DNA of 63,158 bases, filler included, from an uncultured bacterium (GCA_964429075.1; 20 parts of 20 records of this genome joined end to end with filler, not necessarily neighbours in it); one strand, 5' to 3'. Positions 46,173 to 56,964 are shown, counted from the whole stretch's first letter. Numbers and translations: made by a program. Notes: generated from the letters alone by a model not told the origin.

Positions 46173-46517
46173 TTACCACTGGCCATGACTGCCATGACTG
46201 CAGTGAGACCCATGACTATTATGACACCAAGGTGTAGTACTATTATGAACACCACGGCCAGCATAATTACCAAACCAGTTTACATGATTACCCCAATAAC
46301 CAAAACTATTGTGTCCACAGTATTGAGTATGACTGTTACAATGTTGGGCCTGAATGTTTGATGTTATAGCAAAAAGTCCAGCAAGTGTAATTGTGCCAAT
46401 GATCACTTTTGACTTATCTACCTTACCCTCTTCACTCAAAAGGAACATCCTGATGTCGCGCTTTATATCTGGGAATTTTTTATTTACCCTCTTTATGTCC
46501 TTCTTTTGCTTTTTCAT
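46173..46517 (-). CDS. hxsA: His-Xaa-Ser repeat precursor peptide (HxsA-like), 114 aa
   Basis: SD AGGAGG 7 nt before ATG 46517; C-terminus HNS-HGS-HCS-HGS-HGQW; upstream of hxsD/hxsB. Confidence 0.85.
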   Translation of the reverse strand: MKKQKKDIKRVNKKFPDIKRDIRMFLLSEEGKVDKSKVIIGTITLAGLFAITSNIQAQHCNSHTQYCGHNSFGYWGNHVNWFGNYAGRGVHNSTTPWCHNSHGSHCSHGSHGQW

Positions 46518-47559
46518 CTTTTTTCCTCCTATCACTTATCACCTTATGCATACAATATAGCTTTTTTATATTTATGTCAATTTTGTTACAATTTATATTA
46601 TCCTGACCAAGGGCAGAAAGACACAGCATTTTGGTCAAATGATCTTCTATTTTACCACAAATTGAGGGATCATTATTTTTTGCAGCCTTCATAAAATAGG
46701 CAAATGCTTTACAGAACTTTACAGTAGATAATGGGGTATCTTCGGGCAATATATTACAGGCATCTGGATCAGCCTTAAATGGTGCAACAATCTTTGCAAT
46801 GCATTGAGTACGATCTGTCAAACCAACCTTATTACATTTATCAAAAAGATCAATTTTCTTATTTTTAGCTAAAATCGCGTAAAAGTCTTTTACATCCTGC
46901 TCTGTTACCCTGACTCCTTCCTTCATCCTTGACGGATCAAGGAATCCAAGTCTTTTTATTTCGTTTACAACTTCATCTTCGGTCTTTGTCCTTTCTTTTA
47001 ACATTTTTGCAATATTAAAAAAAAGTATAGATGATTCACATATCCCGGCATAACTATACTTCTGAAATCTGTTACATATATTTAGATCTGTATTTTTAAC
47101 AGCCCTACAGATCATCTTAATATCCTGAGCACCATGAATGGTTGTAGAGTATTTATCTGCAAATTCTCCCAGATATTCATCTTTTAAAGAGATCGACTCA
47201 AGGTCTGAAGGGTCCTTATCCTCCACATCCTTCATACAATCGTTAAAAGAATCTCTATATCCTGCGGGTACCTTTGAGAGAGGCATTCTTTTTGTTAAAA
47301 CCGATTTTGCTTCTATAATATCATCACGTGGAATGATCTCATTTTTTAGCTCTTTCGATAGCGGTATCTTTGTTGTATGTTGGGAGTTGTTATCTCTTTC
47401 AGGAGGCATTTCTTTTTTCTCTCCAGTAGTCTTTTGTCCTATGTTTACTTTATTAACAATATTATTCTTTAAATTATTCCTATTTTTATCTGCACTTGAA
47501 CAAGATACAAACACAATTATCAAAGTAAATAAAAACAGGGTCTTAAAAATATACCTCAT
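46480..47559 (-). CDS. Cys-rich lipoprotein of unknown function
   Basis: Lipobox FVSC; repeated D-x-x-[IA]-C...C modules; stop overlaps the start of hxsA. Confidence 0.65.
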   Translation of the reverse strand: MRYIFKTLFLFTLIIVFVSCSSADKNRNNLKNNIVNKVNIGQKTTGEKKEMPPERDNNSQHTTKIPLSKELKNEIIPRDDIIEAKSVLTKRMPLSKVPAGYRDSFNDCMKDVEDKDPSDLESISLKDEYLGEFADKYSTTIHGAQDIKMICRAVKNTDLNICNRFQKYSYAGICESSILFFNIAKMLKERTKTEDEVVNEIKRLGFLDPSRMKEGVRVTEQDVKDFYAILAKNKKIDLFDKCNKVGLTDRTQCIAKIVAPFKADPDACNILPEDTPLSTVKFCKAFAYFMKAAKNNDPSICGKIEDHLTKMLCLSALGQDNINCNKIDINIKKLYCMHKVISDRRKKDEKAKEGHKEGK

Positions 47560-47562
47560 CTT

Positions 47563-47941
47563 CTATCCTCCACAACATATCATATAACCGGTTCTTGGAG
47601 CTTCTGTAAAATTTTCATAAGCAGTTCCTGAACTCCACCACTCTCTAGTACTCCCATGTGTAAATCCTGATGTACCTACATATGTCGTCACATATGTATT
47701 ACTTGGACAATATGTAGTTCCATTACCGTAGTATACCTTTTGACATCCTCCACCACTTCCCCAGCTGTTTCTGCAGTCTGTACCGATACATAGATACCCA
47801 TCAGCCCTTACACTCCCATGAGCATATACATCCTGAGTATGAACCCCACCACTCCATCCAGTGGGATATCCACTTGTTGCACTGTACCCATTGGTGCCTA
47901 TCCTACCAGCAAGATTTATATTTACCATATGAGAAGTTGAG
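47563..47941 (-). CDS. C-terminal fragment of an adhesin/tail-fibre-like protein, 5'-truncated
   Basis: G/S/T-rich; GWSGGVHTQDVYAHG and LCIGTDCRNSW; terminal Cys module ending YMICCGG. Confidence 0.5.
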
Positions 47942-48041
47942 NNNNNNNNNNNNNNNNNNNNNNNNNNNNNNNNNNNNNNNNNNNNTTAATTAATTAANNN
48001 NNNNNNNNNNNNNNNNNNNNNNNNNNNNNNNNNNNNNNNNN

Positions 48042-49236
48042 AGATATTACTATTAGATCGTGGGTACTGTACGATTGGGCAAATTCTGCATTTGCTACAT
48101 CAGTTATGGCAGGATTCTTTCCTGTATATTTTAGATATACATTCTCTGGAGAGAAGATTGCACCAACCTTCTGGCTCGGATTTATCAGCACATTAGCTTC
48201 TTTAATATCTGCAGTTTTAGCAATTATTATTGGAAGATTGAGGGATAAATCGGGGATTATATCAAATCTATTCCGCATTGTGGTAATTACTGGCTGTATC
48301 TCTGTTACCCTGATGAGTATAGTTATCCCGGTTCCACCTATTGTGGGATCTCTCTATGTTGTTGCATTTGTAAACTTTGCACTCGGGAACACACTGTACG
48401 ATTCTATGTTATCCTCCCTGGTTGAACCAGAAAAAAGAGATATCGTATCATCATATGGATATGCAACAGGATATCTTGGTGGAGGACTACTCTTTTTAAT
48501 ACAAGTGATTTTGCTGGTTTTCATAGATCCTCATTATCGTTCCTCTATAATAAGGTTATCTTTTCTTACTGTAGGGATATGGTGGTTTGTATTTTCAATA
48601 CCAATCCTTAGACATGTAGGTAGATTTGATAAAAGTGGAACATTTAAAAATCTTTCTCTTATCAAAATAATTTCTGAAAAAAGGATATTGTTGTTTCTTG
48701 TAGCATTCTGGTTTTATATGGATGGTATCATTACGGTTATGAAAATGGCTGTGGACTACGGAGCCTTAGCTGGCATAAAAACAAATAGTCTATTACTTGC
48801 ATTGCTTATGGTTCAGTTTGTGGGGATCCCATCAACCATTATTTATGGGAAACTTGGTGCAAAAAGACCATTTTTGATGTTAATAATCGGTCTATCAGGT
48901 TATATGTGTATTTCTCTTTATGCTCCATTTATTAGATCATCCTTTGATTTTTTTATACTGGCATTTATTGTTGCACTCTTTCAAGGCGGCATCCAGTCTA
49001 TCAGTAGGTCTATATATTCCTTGCTCATTCCAGAAGAACACTCTGGAGAATACTTTGGACTTTATAGTATGGTTGGTAGATTCTCTTCTATACTGGGACC
49101 ATTTGCAGTAGGTTTTGCTACATATATCACAGACAATCAAAAAGTATCGATACTACCAGTTTTTATATTCCTTGCTACTGGAACAATACTTCTTTTTATA
49201 CACCGAAAAAGATATGCATCCTTTTATCAGAGATAA
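48042..49236 (+). CDS. MFS transporter (UMF1/Atg22-like), 5'-truncated
   Basis: SWVLYDWANSAF upstream of the tracked ATG; GYATGYLGG, GGIQSISRS, GEYFGLY. Confidence 0.85.
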
Positions 49237-49928
49237 AACCTCAAGGTCTCTCTCTTGAGTTCTGAAATAGCCTGAGTTATGTTAATCTCTCTTGGACAGC
49301 AATCAGTACAATTAAATATTGTATGGCAACGCCAGAGTGCATTTCTATCATTAAGTACCTTCAGGCGTTCTTCATTGCCATGATCCCTTGAATCCATAAC
49401 AAAACGATGAGCTGCAACAAAAGCTTGAGGTCCGAGGTATTCTGGATTGTACCAGAAGGATGGACAGGAAGAGGTACAACATCCACACAATATACACTTT
49501 GTTGTATCGTCGATCTTTTGTCTATCCTCTTCTGATTGCAATCTCTCTTTCTGTGGTGCAGGTTCATGACCAACGAGATAGGGCTTTATTGCTGCATATC
49601 TTCTGAAAAATGGATCAAAATCCACATAGAGATCTTTTAGAACCTTAAAACCCCTGAGTGGTGAAATCTTTATTACATTCTTTTTTAGATCCTTCACAAG
49701 TACCTGACATGCCAACCTGTTAAGCCCATCAATCTCCATTGCATCAGAACCGCAAACACCATGAGCACATGACCTCCTGTATGTCAACGTGCCGTCAATA
49801 TTTTCTTTTATATAGTTTAGAAGGTCTAAAATTCGATCCATCGGTTCTGCATCTACTTCAAACCTATCGTAGTGTGGTTCTCTGTCTTTTTCGGGATCGA
49901 AGCGAAATATTTCAAGAACCTTCTTCAT
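49227..49928 (-). CDS. sdhB: Succinate dehydrogenase/fumarate reductase iron-sulfur subunit
   Basis: RRSCAHGVCGSD, CILCGCCTSSCP, WRCHTIFNCTDCCP. Confidence 0.93.
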   Translation of the reverse strand: MKKVLEIFRFDPEKDREPHYDRFEVDAEPMDRILDLLNYIKENIDGTLTYRRSCAHGVCGSDAMEIDGLNRLACQVLVKDLKKNVIKISPLRGFKVLKDLYVDFDPFFRRYAAIKPYLVGHEPAPQKERLQSEEDRQKIDDTTKCILCGCCTSSCPSFWYNPEYLGPQAFVAAHRFVMDSRDHGNEERLKVLNDRNALWRCHTIFNCTDCCPREINITQAISELKRETLRFYL

Positions 49929-51000
49929 CAGTATTTCCTCTCCATAGGTTGAAATTCATCGGTCAAAACTACCGATTTATAACTGATCTCAAGCTTTCCC
50001 TCCTTCTCCCTTATGAGGGTATGCTTGAGCCATTCATCATCATTTCTTTTTTGATAATCCTCTCTGTAGTGTGCTCCTCTACTCTCTTTTCTGTTTAATG
50101 CGCCTGTTACTATTGTGCGTGCTACTTTTAACATATTACCAAGTTCCCATGCCTCCATTAGTTCGGTATTATAGATTGTCCCTTTGTCTTTAATACTTAT
50201 TTTTGAATACTCTTCGTTCAGCTCTTCAATAGTACTTAGACACTCCTTTAATCCCTCCTCGGTCCTGAAGACAGAACACTTATCCATCATGACTTCCTGC
50301 ATCTTTTTCTTCAGTTCTCCAACCTTTGTCCCTGATTTTTCAGATTTAATTTTGTCTATTTTACTTAATACATCATCCTTTTTATCGGTATAAAGCGGAC
50401 CGAATTCTGACCCAAGGGCATATTTTGCAGCCATCTCACCCGCACGCTTACCAAAGACAACGATATCAAGGAGAGAGTTACAACCCAGTCTGTTTGCACC
50501 ATGTACTGAGACACATGCGCATTCTCCTGCAGCATAAAGACCTTCTACAACCTTTTCTCTATCACCAAGCTCAACCTGTCCATCTTTATTGGTAGGTATA
50601 CCTCCCATTGCATAGTGACATGTTGGATGGATTGGTATTGGTTGTGTAACAGGGTCAATTCCAAGATATATCCTGCAAAAACTTGCTATATCAGGTAGCT
50701 TTTTCTCGATCACATCTTTGCCAAGGTGAGTGAGATCAAGATGCACATAGTCTTTACCACCTATGCCCCTGCCCTCTCTGATCTCAGTATATATAGATCT
50801 GGACACTACGTCTCTCGGAGCAAGATCTTTTATGGTCGGGGCATAGCGCTCCATAAATCTTTCGCCTTTGGAGTTTCTAAGTACTCCACCCTCACCTCTT
50901 GCACCCTCTGTTATAAGAATTCCCAATCTGTAGAGACCAGTTGGGTGAAACTGTACAAATTCCATGTCTTCAAGTTGAAAACCATTTTTCAACACAAGTG
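49928..51000 (-). CDS. sdhA: Succinate dehydrogenase flavoprotein, 5'-truncated
   Basis: [38 protein letters not shown]. Confidence 0.94.
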
Positions 51001-51100
51001 NNNNNNNNNNNNNNNNNNNNNNNNNNNNNNNNNNNNNNNNNNNNTTAATTAATTAANNNNNNNNNNNNNNNNNNNNNNNNNNNNNNNNNNNNNNNNNNNN

Positions 51101-52350
51101 TAATTCATAGAAACATGCCCCCAGAACAGCAGGCTGAAGAGGTAAAAAAGGTCAAGAAGTACGAAAGCGGGTTGATAATCGACCCAATCACAGTAGCCCC
51201 TGATGATAACATCAAAAAGGTTCTTAACATTATGGAAGAAAAGGGTATATCAGGAGTACCTGTTACAAAAGATGGGAAGCTGTTAGGCATTATAACACAC
51301 AGGGATATTCGTTTTGAGACAAATCTATCTCAAAAGGTTAGTGATGTAATGACCAGAAATGTGGTAACAGTTAAAGAGGGTGTAAGTCTTGATAAAGCAA
51401 AGAGGATACTTCATCAAAACAGAATAGAGAAATTACCTGTAGTGGATGATCAGGGAAGACTAAAGGGCCTTATTACAATTAAAGATATCCAGAAGGCAGA
51501 GAAATTCCCCAATGCTGCAAAAGATAAATTTGGTAGACTGCTTGTAGGGGCTGCTGTTGGGACTGATCCTGGTTTTATAGAACGGGCAGGGCTCTTGATT
51601 GAGGCCGGTGTAGATATAATTGTAATCGATACAGCTCATGGGCATTCTGAATATGTCCTTAAGGCAGTAGAACGATTCAGAAAAGAATTTGGTAATTTTG
51701 AACTTATGGCAGGTAATATTGCAACCAAAGAAGCAGCAAAAGATCTGATCGATAGGGGAGTAGATGCAATAAAGGTTGGAGTTGGACCCGGTTCCATATG
51801 TACAACAAGGATAGTTACCGGAGTGGGTGTACCCCAACTATCTGCAATCTCCTGGGTATATTCTGTTGCAAAAGAGAAGGATATTCCGATCGTGGCAGAT
51901 GGTGGTATCAAATATTCTGGTGATGTAGTTAAGGCACTGGCTGCCGGTGCAAGTACAGTTATGATAGGCAACCTCTTCGCCGGTACAGAAGAGAGTCCGG
52001 GTGAAGTAGTATTGTTTCAGGGTAGGAGTTATAAGATATATAGAGGCATGGGTTCTATAGGTGCAATGAAAAAGGGAAGTGCTGATCGCTATTTTCAGCA
52101 GACTAAAGAGCCGCAGAAAATGGTTCCTGAAGGTATAGAGGGCAGGGTACCATACAAGGGACCTATCTCAGATTCTATATATCAACTGGTAGGTGGTCTC
52201 AAAAGTGGCATGGGATATACCGGATGTAAAAATCTTAAAGAACTCAGAACAAAGACTCGCTTTGTTAGGGTAACCACAGCCGGGCTTAGAGAAAGTCATG
52301 TACACGATGTTATAATAACCAAAGAGGCACCAAACTATAGACTTGAGTAA
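51101..52350 (+). CDS. guaB: IMP dehydrogenase (with CBS pair), 5'-truncated
   Basis: [41 protein letters not shown]. Confidence 0.96.
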
Positions 52351-52354
52351 TGTT

Positions 52355-53893
52355 ATGAAATCACGCGTCTTAATACTCGATTTTGGTTCACAGTATACGC
52401 AGCTCATAGCAAGAAGGATAAGGGAGGAAAACGTATACTGTGAGATATGGCCTTACAACAAACCTTTATACAAAATTAAAGAGTTTAGGCCATCTGCGAT
52501 CATTCTTTCTGGTGGTCCAAGCAGCGTTTATGATGATAATGCACCAAAGATAGACTTAGGTCTTTTTGAGATCAATAGGCCAATACTCGGAATTTGCTAC
52601 GGTATGCAGCTTATGGCCCTAATGCTGGGTGGTAGAGTTCTTAGAGGGGATAAAGAGGAGTATGGTCCATCTAATTTAACCATTAAAGATAGAACAGATC
52701 TTTTCAAAGGGATAGAGAAAGATGTGCTAAAGGTGTGGATGAGTCACGGAGATAGGGTAGAGAGATTGCCTGAGGGCTTTGAAACACTTGCAGAGAGTGA
52801 GAATACCCCATATGCAGCAATTGCAGATAAAAAAAAGAGATTCTTTGGTGTTCAGTTTCATCCAGAGGTTGTCCATACAGAAAGGGGTCACAAGATCCTT
52901 AAAAACTTCCTATTTGAAATAGCCGATATCACGCCTGATTGGAATATAGGTAGCTTTCTTGAAAAAGAAGTATCAAGGATAAGGAATAAGGTTGGTAAAG
53001 ATAGGGTAATATGTGCTTTAAGTGGTGGTGTTGATTCTACTGTTACTGCGGTTCTTGTTTCAAGGGCAATAGGCAGACAGCTCACATGTATTTTTGTTGA
53101 TAATGGGCTCTTAAGGCAGAAAGAGGCACAAGAGGTTATGGGTTATTTAAAAAGACACTTTGATCTCGATCTTAGGATGGTTGATGCCTCCAGAAGATTT
53201 CTAACAAGACTGAAAGGGATAACAGATCCAGAAAAAAAGAGAAAGATAATAGGGGAGGAGTTTATAAAGGTGTTTGAAGAGGAAGCAGGCAGGTTAAAAG
53301 ACGTCAGATTCCTTGCACAGGGAACACTCTATCCTGATGTTATTGAGAGTGTATCTTTTAAGGGACCATCCGCTACTATCAAAAGCCATCATAATGTAGG
53401 TGGGCTACCAGAGAAGATGAATCTTGAACTAATTGAACCACTAAGAGAGCTATTCAAGGATGAGGTAAGAAAACTTGGTAAAGAGCTGGGATTACCAGAT
53501 AGTATTATTAATAGACATCCTTTTCCAGGACCCGGTCTTGCTGTAAGGATCGTGGGTAAAATCACACATGAAAGATTAGAACTACTGAGAAAGGCAGATA
53601 ACATTGTTGTTGAAGAGATAAAAAGAGCAAATATTTACAATGACCTATGGCAGGCCTTTGCTGTTTTACTTCCAATAAAAAGTGTAGGTGTTATGGGAGA
53701 TCGAAGAACCTATGCAAATGTATGTGCAATAAGGATAGTAAACAGTACAGATGGTATGACTGCAGACTGGACAAAGGTGGATTATTCAGTGCTTGGGAGG
53801 ATCTCTAAGCGAATAATCAACGAAATCACCGGAATCAATAGAGTGGTCTATGATATAACAAGTAAACCACCTGGCACGATTGAATGGGAATAA
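52355..53893 (+). CDS. guaA: GMP synthase (glutamine-hydrolysing)
   Basis: [46 protein letters not shown]. Confidence 0.97.
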   Translation: MKSRVLILDFGSQYTQLIARRIREENVYCEIWPYNKPLYKIKEFRPSAIILSGGPSSVYDDNAPKIDLGLFEINRPILGICYGMQLMALMLGGRVLRGDKEEYGPSNLTIKDRTDLFKGIEKDVLKVWMSHGDRVERLPEGFETLAESENTPYAAIADKKKRFFGVQFHPEVVHTERGHKILKNFLFEIADITPDWNIGSFLEKEVSRIRNKVGKDRVICALSGGVDSTVTAVLVSRAIGRQLTCIFVDNGLLRQKEAQEVMGYLKRHFDLDLRMVDASRRFLTRLKGITDPEKKRKIIGEEFIKVFEEEAGRLKDVRFLAQGTLYPDVIESVSFKGPSATIKSHHNVGGLPEKMNLELIEPLRELFKDEVRKLGKELGLPDSIINRHPFPGPGLAVRIVGKITHERLELLRKADNIVVEEIKRANIYNDLWQAFAVLLPIKSVGVMGDRRTYANVCAIRIVNSTDGMTADWTKVDYSVLGRISKRIINEITGINRVVYDITSKPPGTIEWE

Positions 53894-53896
53894 TGA

Positions 53897-54059
53897 GTGC
53901 TATTTTTAGTCTACAAGATAAAAGATAAGGTAAAAGGAGATAATGTACTTTTTGAAGAGCCAAATATGGATAAAAACTCAAGGGAGATATTGTTAAGAAA
54001 GTTTATTAGTATGAAAGATAGGGGTGCGAGCCTGATTGCTGTAAGTTCTGGTAGTTTTG
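53897..54059 (+). CDS. Hypothetical protein N-terminal fragment
   Basis: Open frame from GTG just after guaA to the contig end. Confidence 0.3.
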
Positions 54060-54159
54060 NNNNNNNNNNNNNNNNNNNNNNNNNNNNNNNNNNNNNNNNN
54101 NNNTTAATTAATTAANNNNNNNNNNNNNNNNNNNNNNNNNNNNNNNNNNNNNNNNNNNN

Positions 54160-54884
54160 GATATAGATATCCCAACAACCAGACCAAAGAGACAGGAAAC
54201 TCCAACAATATATCTAAATTCACTGATTATATTACTTTCTGTAGTCGAAGAGAGCAGAGTAAAGATGAAGGTCATAAAAAAAATGGTAATAAGATCATTA
54301 AATAGAGATACACCAAGGATTGAACCTGACAGAGGACCTTTTGCTTCTGTCTCTTTTATCATTGCAAGGACTGTGGCAGGTGAAGTAGGCAGAATCGTGA
54401 TTGCCATAAACAGTGACAATAGGAATAACTGATTACTTTTTATTCCTAAAAGTAGTTTCAGGATTAAATAAAACATGGCCAGAAAGAGTGGATAGATGAT
54501 TAACGTATATATTAAAGTAGTACCCATCAGGAGCTTTGAAATTGTTTTGAGTTTTTTAAGATTTAATTCCTGTCCAGCATAGAGGGCTATTATGGAGAGG
54601 GCAATATCATCAATGAATTTTAGCTTTGATAGTGAAGCTTCATTTAAAAATCCAGAAAGTCCGGGACCAATAATGATCCCTGCAATGATATAGCCTGTTA
54701 TCTTGGGCAATGAGAAATTCTTAAGTACCCTGCCAAACAGGAACGAAAAAAGGAGAAAAAAACCAACCTCCAGCAAGAGTGGTACATTTTCACCATGATA
54801 AAAAATAATGATGTTCTTAGCAAAGAACATAAAGGCTATTAAAAAGAATGAGATATAAAACTCTATTTTTTTAACTCTTATCAT
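54160..54884 (-). CDS. Cation:proton antiporter (CPA2-like), 3'-truncated
   Basis: LPKITGYIIAGIIIGP, IALYAGQEL, TSPATV, FNDL. Confidence 0.82.
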
Positions 54885-56082
54885 ATGATGATCTTTTAAT
54901 GACCATAAAGTGTACCAGTATGGGGGTGATAAGTTCGTTTATGATCAGGAGAGTGAATATAGCCGTTACTATAGATTGATTGTTTGTAATAACTCCTGTT
55001 TCAAAGGCAAAGGCAAATGCAAAGACAGGGTGATGTACTAGATGGGCGAAGCGATCGTTTTCTATGAATTCAAGTTCCTCCTGTAGTGGAGTCCACCAGG
55101 AATTTATACTTATCTTAACAATATTTCTAACTATCAGTAATATTACCCCACCTAAGATAGGATATACAGAATCAAAAACAACAAATGTCCCCATAAGAAA
55201 CATACACAAAAGATAGATTGTATGTTCATGTTCTATAAGGAGCTCAAGTATCTTTTTCCTTTGATTGCAGGTCCTGCCTATGAAGATTCCACAGATAAAG
55301 CAGGTCAAAATCACAGATGAGTTAAAATAGAGAGGCACACCAACACAGAGCAAGAGTATGGAGGCAAAAACCACACTCAACTCTTCATCAGTCAGTCCTA
55401 TTCTTGTAAATACATTAAACAATACACCACAAAAGAGTGCTGTGCCTGTTACTACTAAAATACCGATATATATTGGGTGGTCTTTGACAATCATTGTAAT
55501 AGCTACACTGTATATAAAAAGTAGTATAACCTGATCAAGACCACTTATAAAAAATAGTGGTGCTAATTCTTCAGGAGGACTTGTATTTTTTTTTCTGAAG
55601 TATTGAAAGGTTGAGAATGTGTTCAATGAACAGGCAGAGCCAATGATTATCCCAAACCATAAAGGACTTTGCATCCTTCCGAGAAGTTTCTCAGGTAGAA
55701 GGATCGCAAAGAGACTTATTACAGTAAGAGGTAATAGGGTAAAAAGAAAGATGTGAGAATAGTTGATAGACTTATATCTTTTTAAAGAGACATACTGAAA
55801 CCTTATTCCAAATACTATACTCATCCAGCCGAGACAGAGCATTATTATAAATTTTGCAAGTGTGAAAATGCTTACAGGAAGCAAGCTGAAATTTTGAGGT
55901 GAAAGGAGTATCCCCACAAGGACCATCTCAACTCCTGACAGAAATAGGTAGTCAAGATTTAGGATGGCGGAATCACTACGGTATATTAATCTAAGCAGTA
56001 TAGAAGTTATAAAGATCAAAGATACAATTATTGTTATCGATAGCAAAAATAACCCCTGTATATCTAAAGATATGGCATACAA
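54871..56082 (-). CDS. Divergent cation:proton antiporter-like membrane protein
   Basis: Many TM segments; SGVEMVLVGILLSP, LGWMSIVFG; coupled to the downstream antiporter. Confidence 0.6.
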   Translation of the reverse strand: MYAISLDIQGLFLLSITIIVSLIFITSILLRLIYRSDSAILNLDYLFLSGVEMVLVGILLSPQNFSLLPVSIFTLAKFIIMLCLGWMSIVFGIRFQYVSLKRYKSINYSHIFLFTLLPLTVISLFAILLPEKLLGRMQSPLWFGIIIGSACSLNTFSTFQYFRKKNTSPPEELAPLFFISGLDQVILLFIYSVAITMIVKDHPIYIGILVVTGTALFCGVLFNVFTRIGLTDEELSVVFASILLLCVGVPLYFNSSVILTCFICGIFIGRTCNQRKKILELLIEHEHTIYLLCMFLMGTFVVFDSVYPILGGVILLIVRNIVKISINSWWTPLQEELEFIENDRFAHLVHHPVFAFAFAFETGVITNNQSIVTAIFTLLIINELITPILVHFMVIKRSSYDKS

Positions 56083-56618
56083 ACACCTGTATCTTTTTCA
56101 CAGGTATAGCAGTATGGACAATCGTCGTCTTTTTGGCATCCAGATTTATCAACACATATATTGTCAAGGCATATCTGAACTGGATTGCAGTCGGTGTCAT
56201 CTGAGCAATCTTTTTTTTCAGGCACCACCAGTCCTAAGACCCCATCTGCCCAGCCTTTTTCACCGTAATTGTCTTCTACAATTAATTTTACATATACTGC
56301 TCGTTTACCAGAAAAAGAGACTGTTATAGAGGAAGAATTCAGGTCACCATCCAATATCCTGTAATCCTGTGTATCAAACCACCATTTGTAGTTAAGTCTG
56401 CAGTTCACGGGAGGTACCTTGTTACAGGAATTGTGATAGAAAGAAAAGACACCACCTTCAGCTGATAGGGTAACCTGGGTGCTATAATTATCTTTATAAC
56501 AGATAGAATCGGGAGTAATTTTAAATGTAACGAGTAATTCTTTTAGATTTGTAGGACTACAGCAGAAAAGTAGTAAGCCCAGAAGAAGGCCTATGAATTC
56601 AAACAGCCTTCTCCACAT
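56064..56618 (-). CDS. Lipoprotein with PKD-like beta domain and C-terminal Cys-rich repeats
   Basis: Lipobox-like LLFCC; YKWWF..YVKLIVED; CSDDTDC/CQKDDDC repeats. Confidence 0.55.
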   Translation of the reverse strand: MWRRLFEFIGLLLGLLLFCCSPTNLKELLVTFKITPDSICYKDNYSTQVTLSAEGGVFSFYHNSCNKVPPVNCRLNYKWWFDTQDYRILDGDLNSSSITVSFSGKRAVYVKLIVEDNYGEKGWADGVLGLVVPEKKDCSDDTDCNPVQICLDNICVDKSGCQKDDDCPYCYTCEKDTGVCMPYL

Positions 56619-56964
56619 GATCTATCTTGTATTTACCTTTTTCATCCATAACAATACCAATGCAGTCTATACGGACAGGGCTATCAAATATCTTACGGTG
56701 ATGGATGTAATAGAGAGCAAGTCTTCTTAGCCTCTCCTGTTTTCTTCTGTCAATACTAAGTAGGGGGTCTTTAATAGAGCCCTTTGGATTTTTGAGACTC
56801 CTTACCTCGATAAGGCAAATTGTATCATTCTTACGAGCAACAATATCAATCTCACCAGCCTTGCAGCGAAAGTTGCGTTCTAATATTTCAAACCCCTTTT
56901 GTTTCAAAAAGGAAATTGCTATAGATTCCCCTTTTGCCCCTATCTCTTTTCTTTCTATTGTCAT
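56599..56964 (-). CDS. yraN: YraN (UPF0102) family endonuclease-like protein
   Basis: GAKGESIA, ILERNFRCKAGEIDIVA, IEVR, RIDCI. Confidence 0.88.
   Translation of the reverse strand: MTIERKEIGAKGESIAISFLKQKGFEILERNFRCKAGEIDIVARKNDTICLIEVRSLKNPKGSIKDPLLSIDRRKQERLRRLALYYIHHRKIFDSPVRIDCIGIVMDEKGKYKIDHVEKAV

Noticed and set aside
41876-47941. TldD/TldE protease as the leader peptidase of the Hxs peptide cluster
   Set aside because: tldD/E and the hxs genes are on different contigs separated by a linker; the proximity comes from length sorting.
47942-49236. MFS transporter as exporter of the Hxs product
   Set aside because: Different contig; no evidence of physical linkage.
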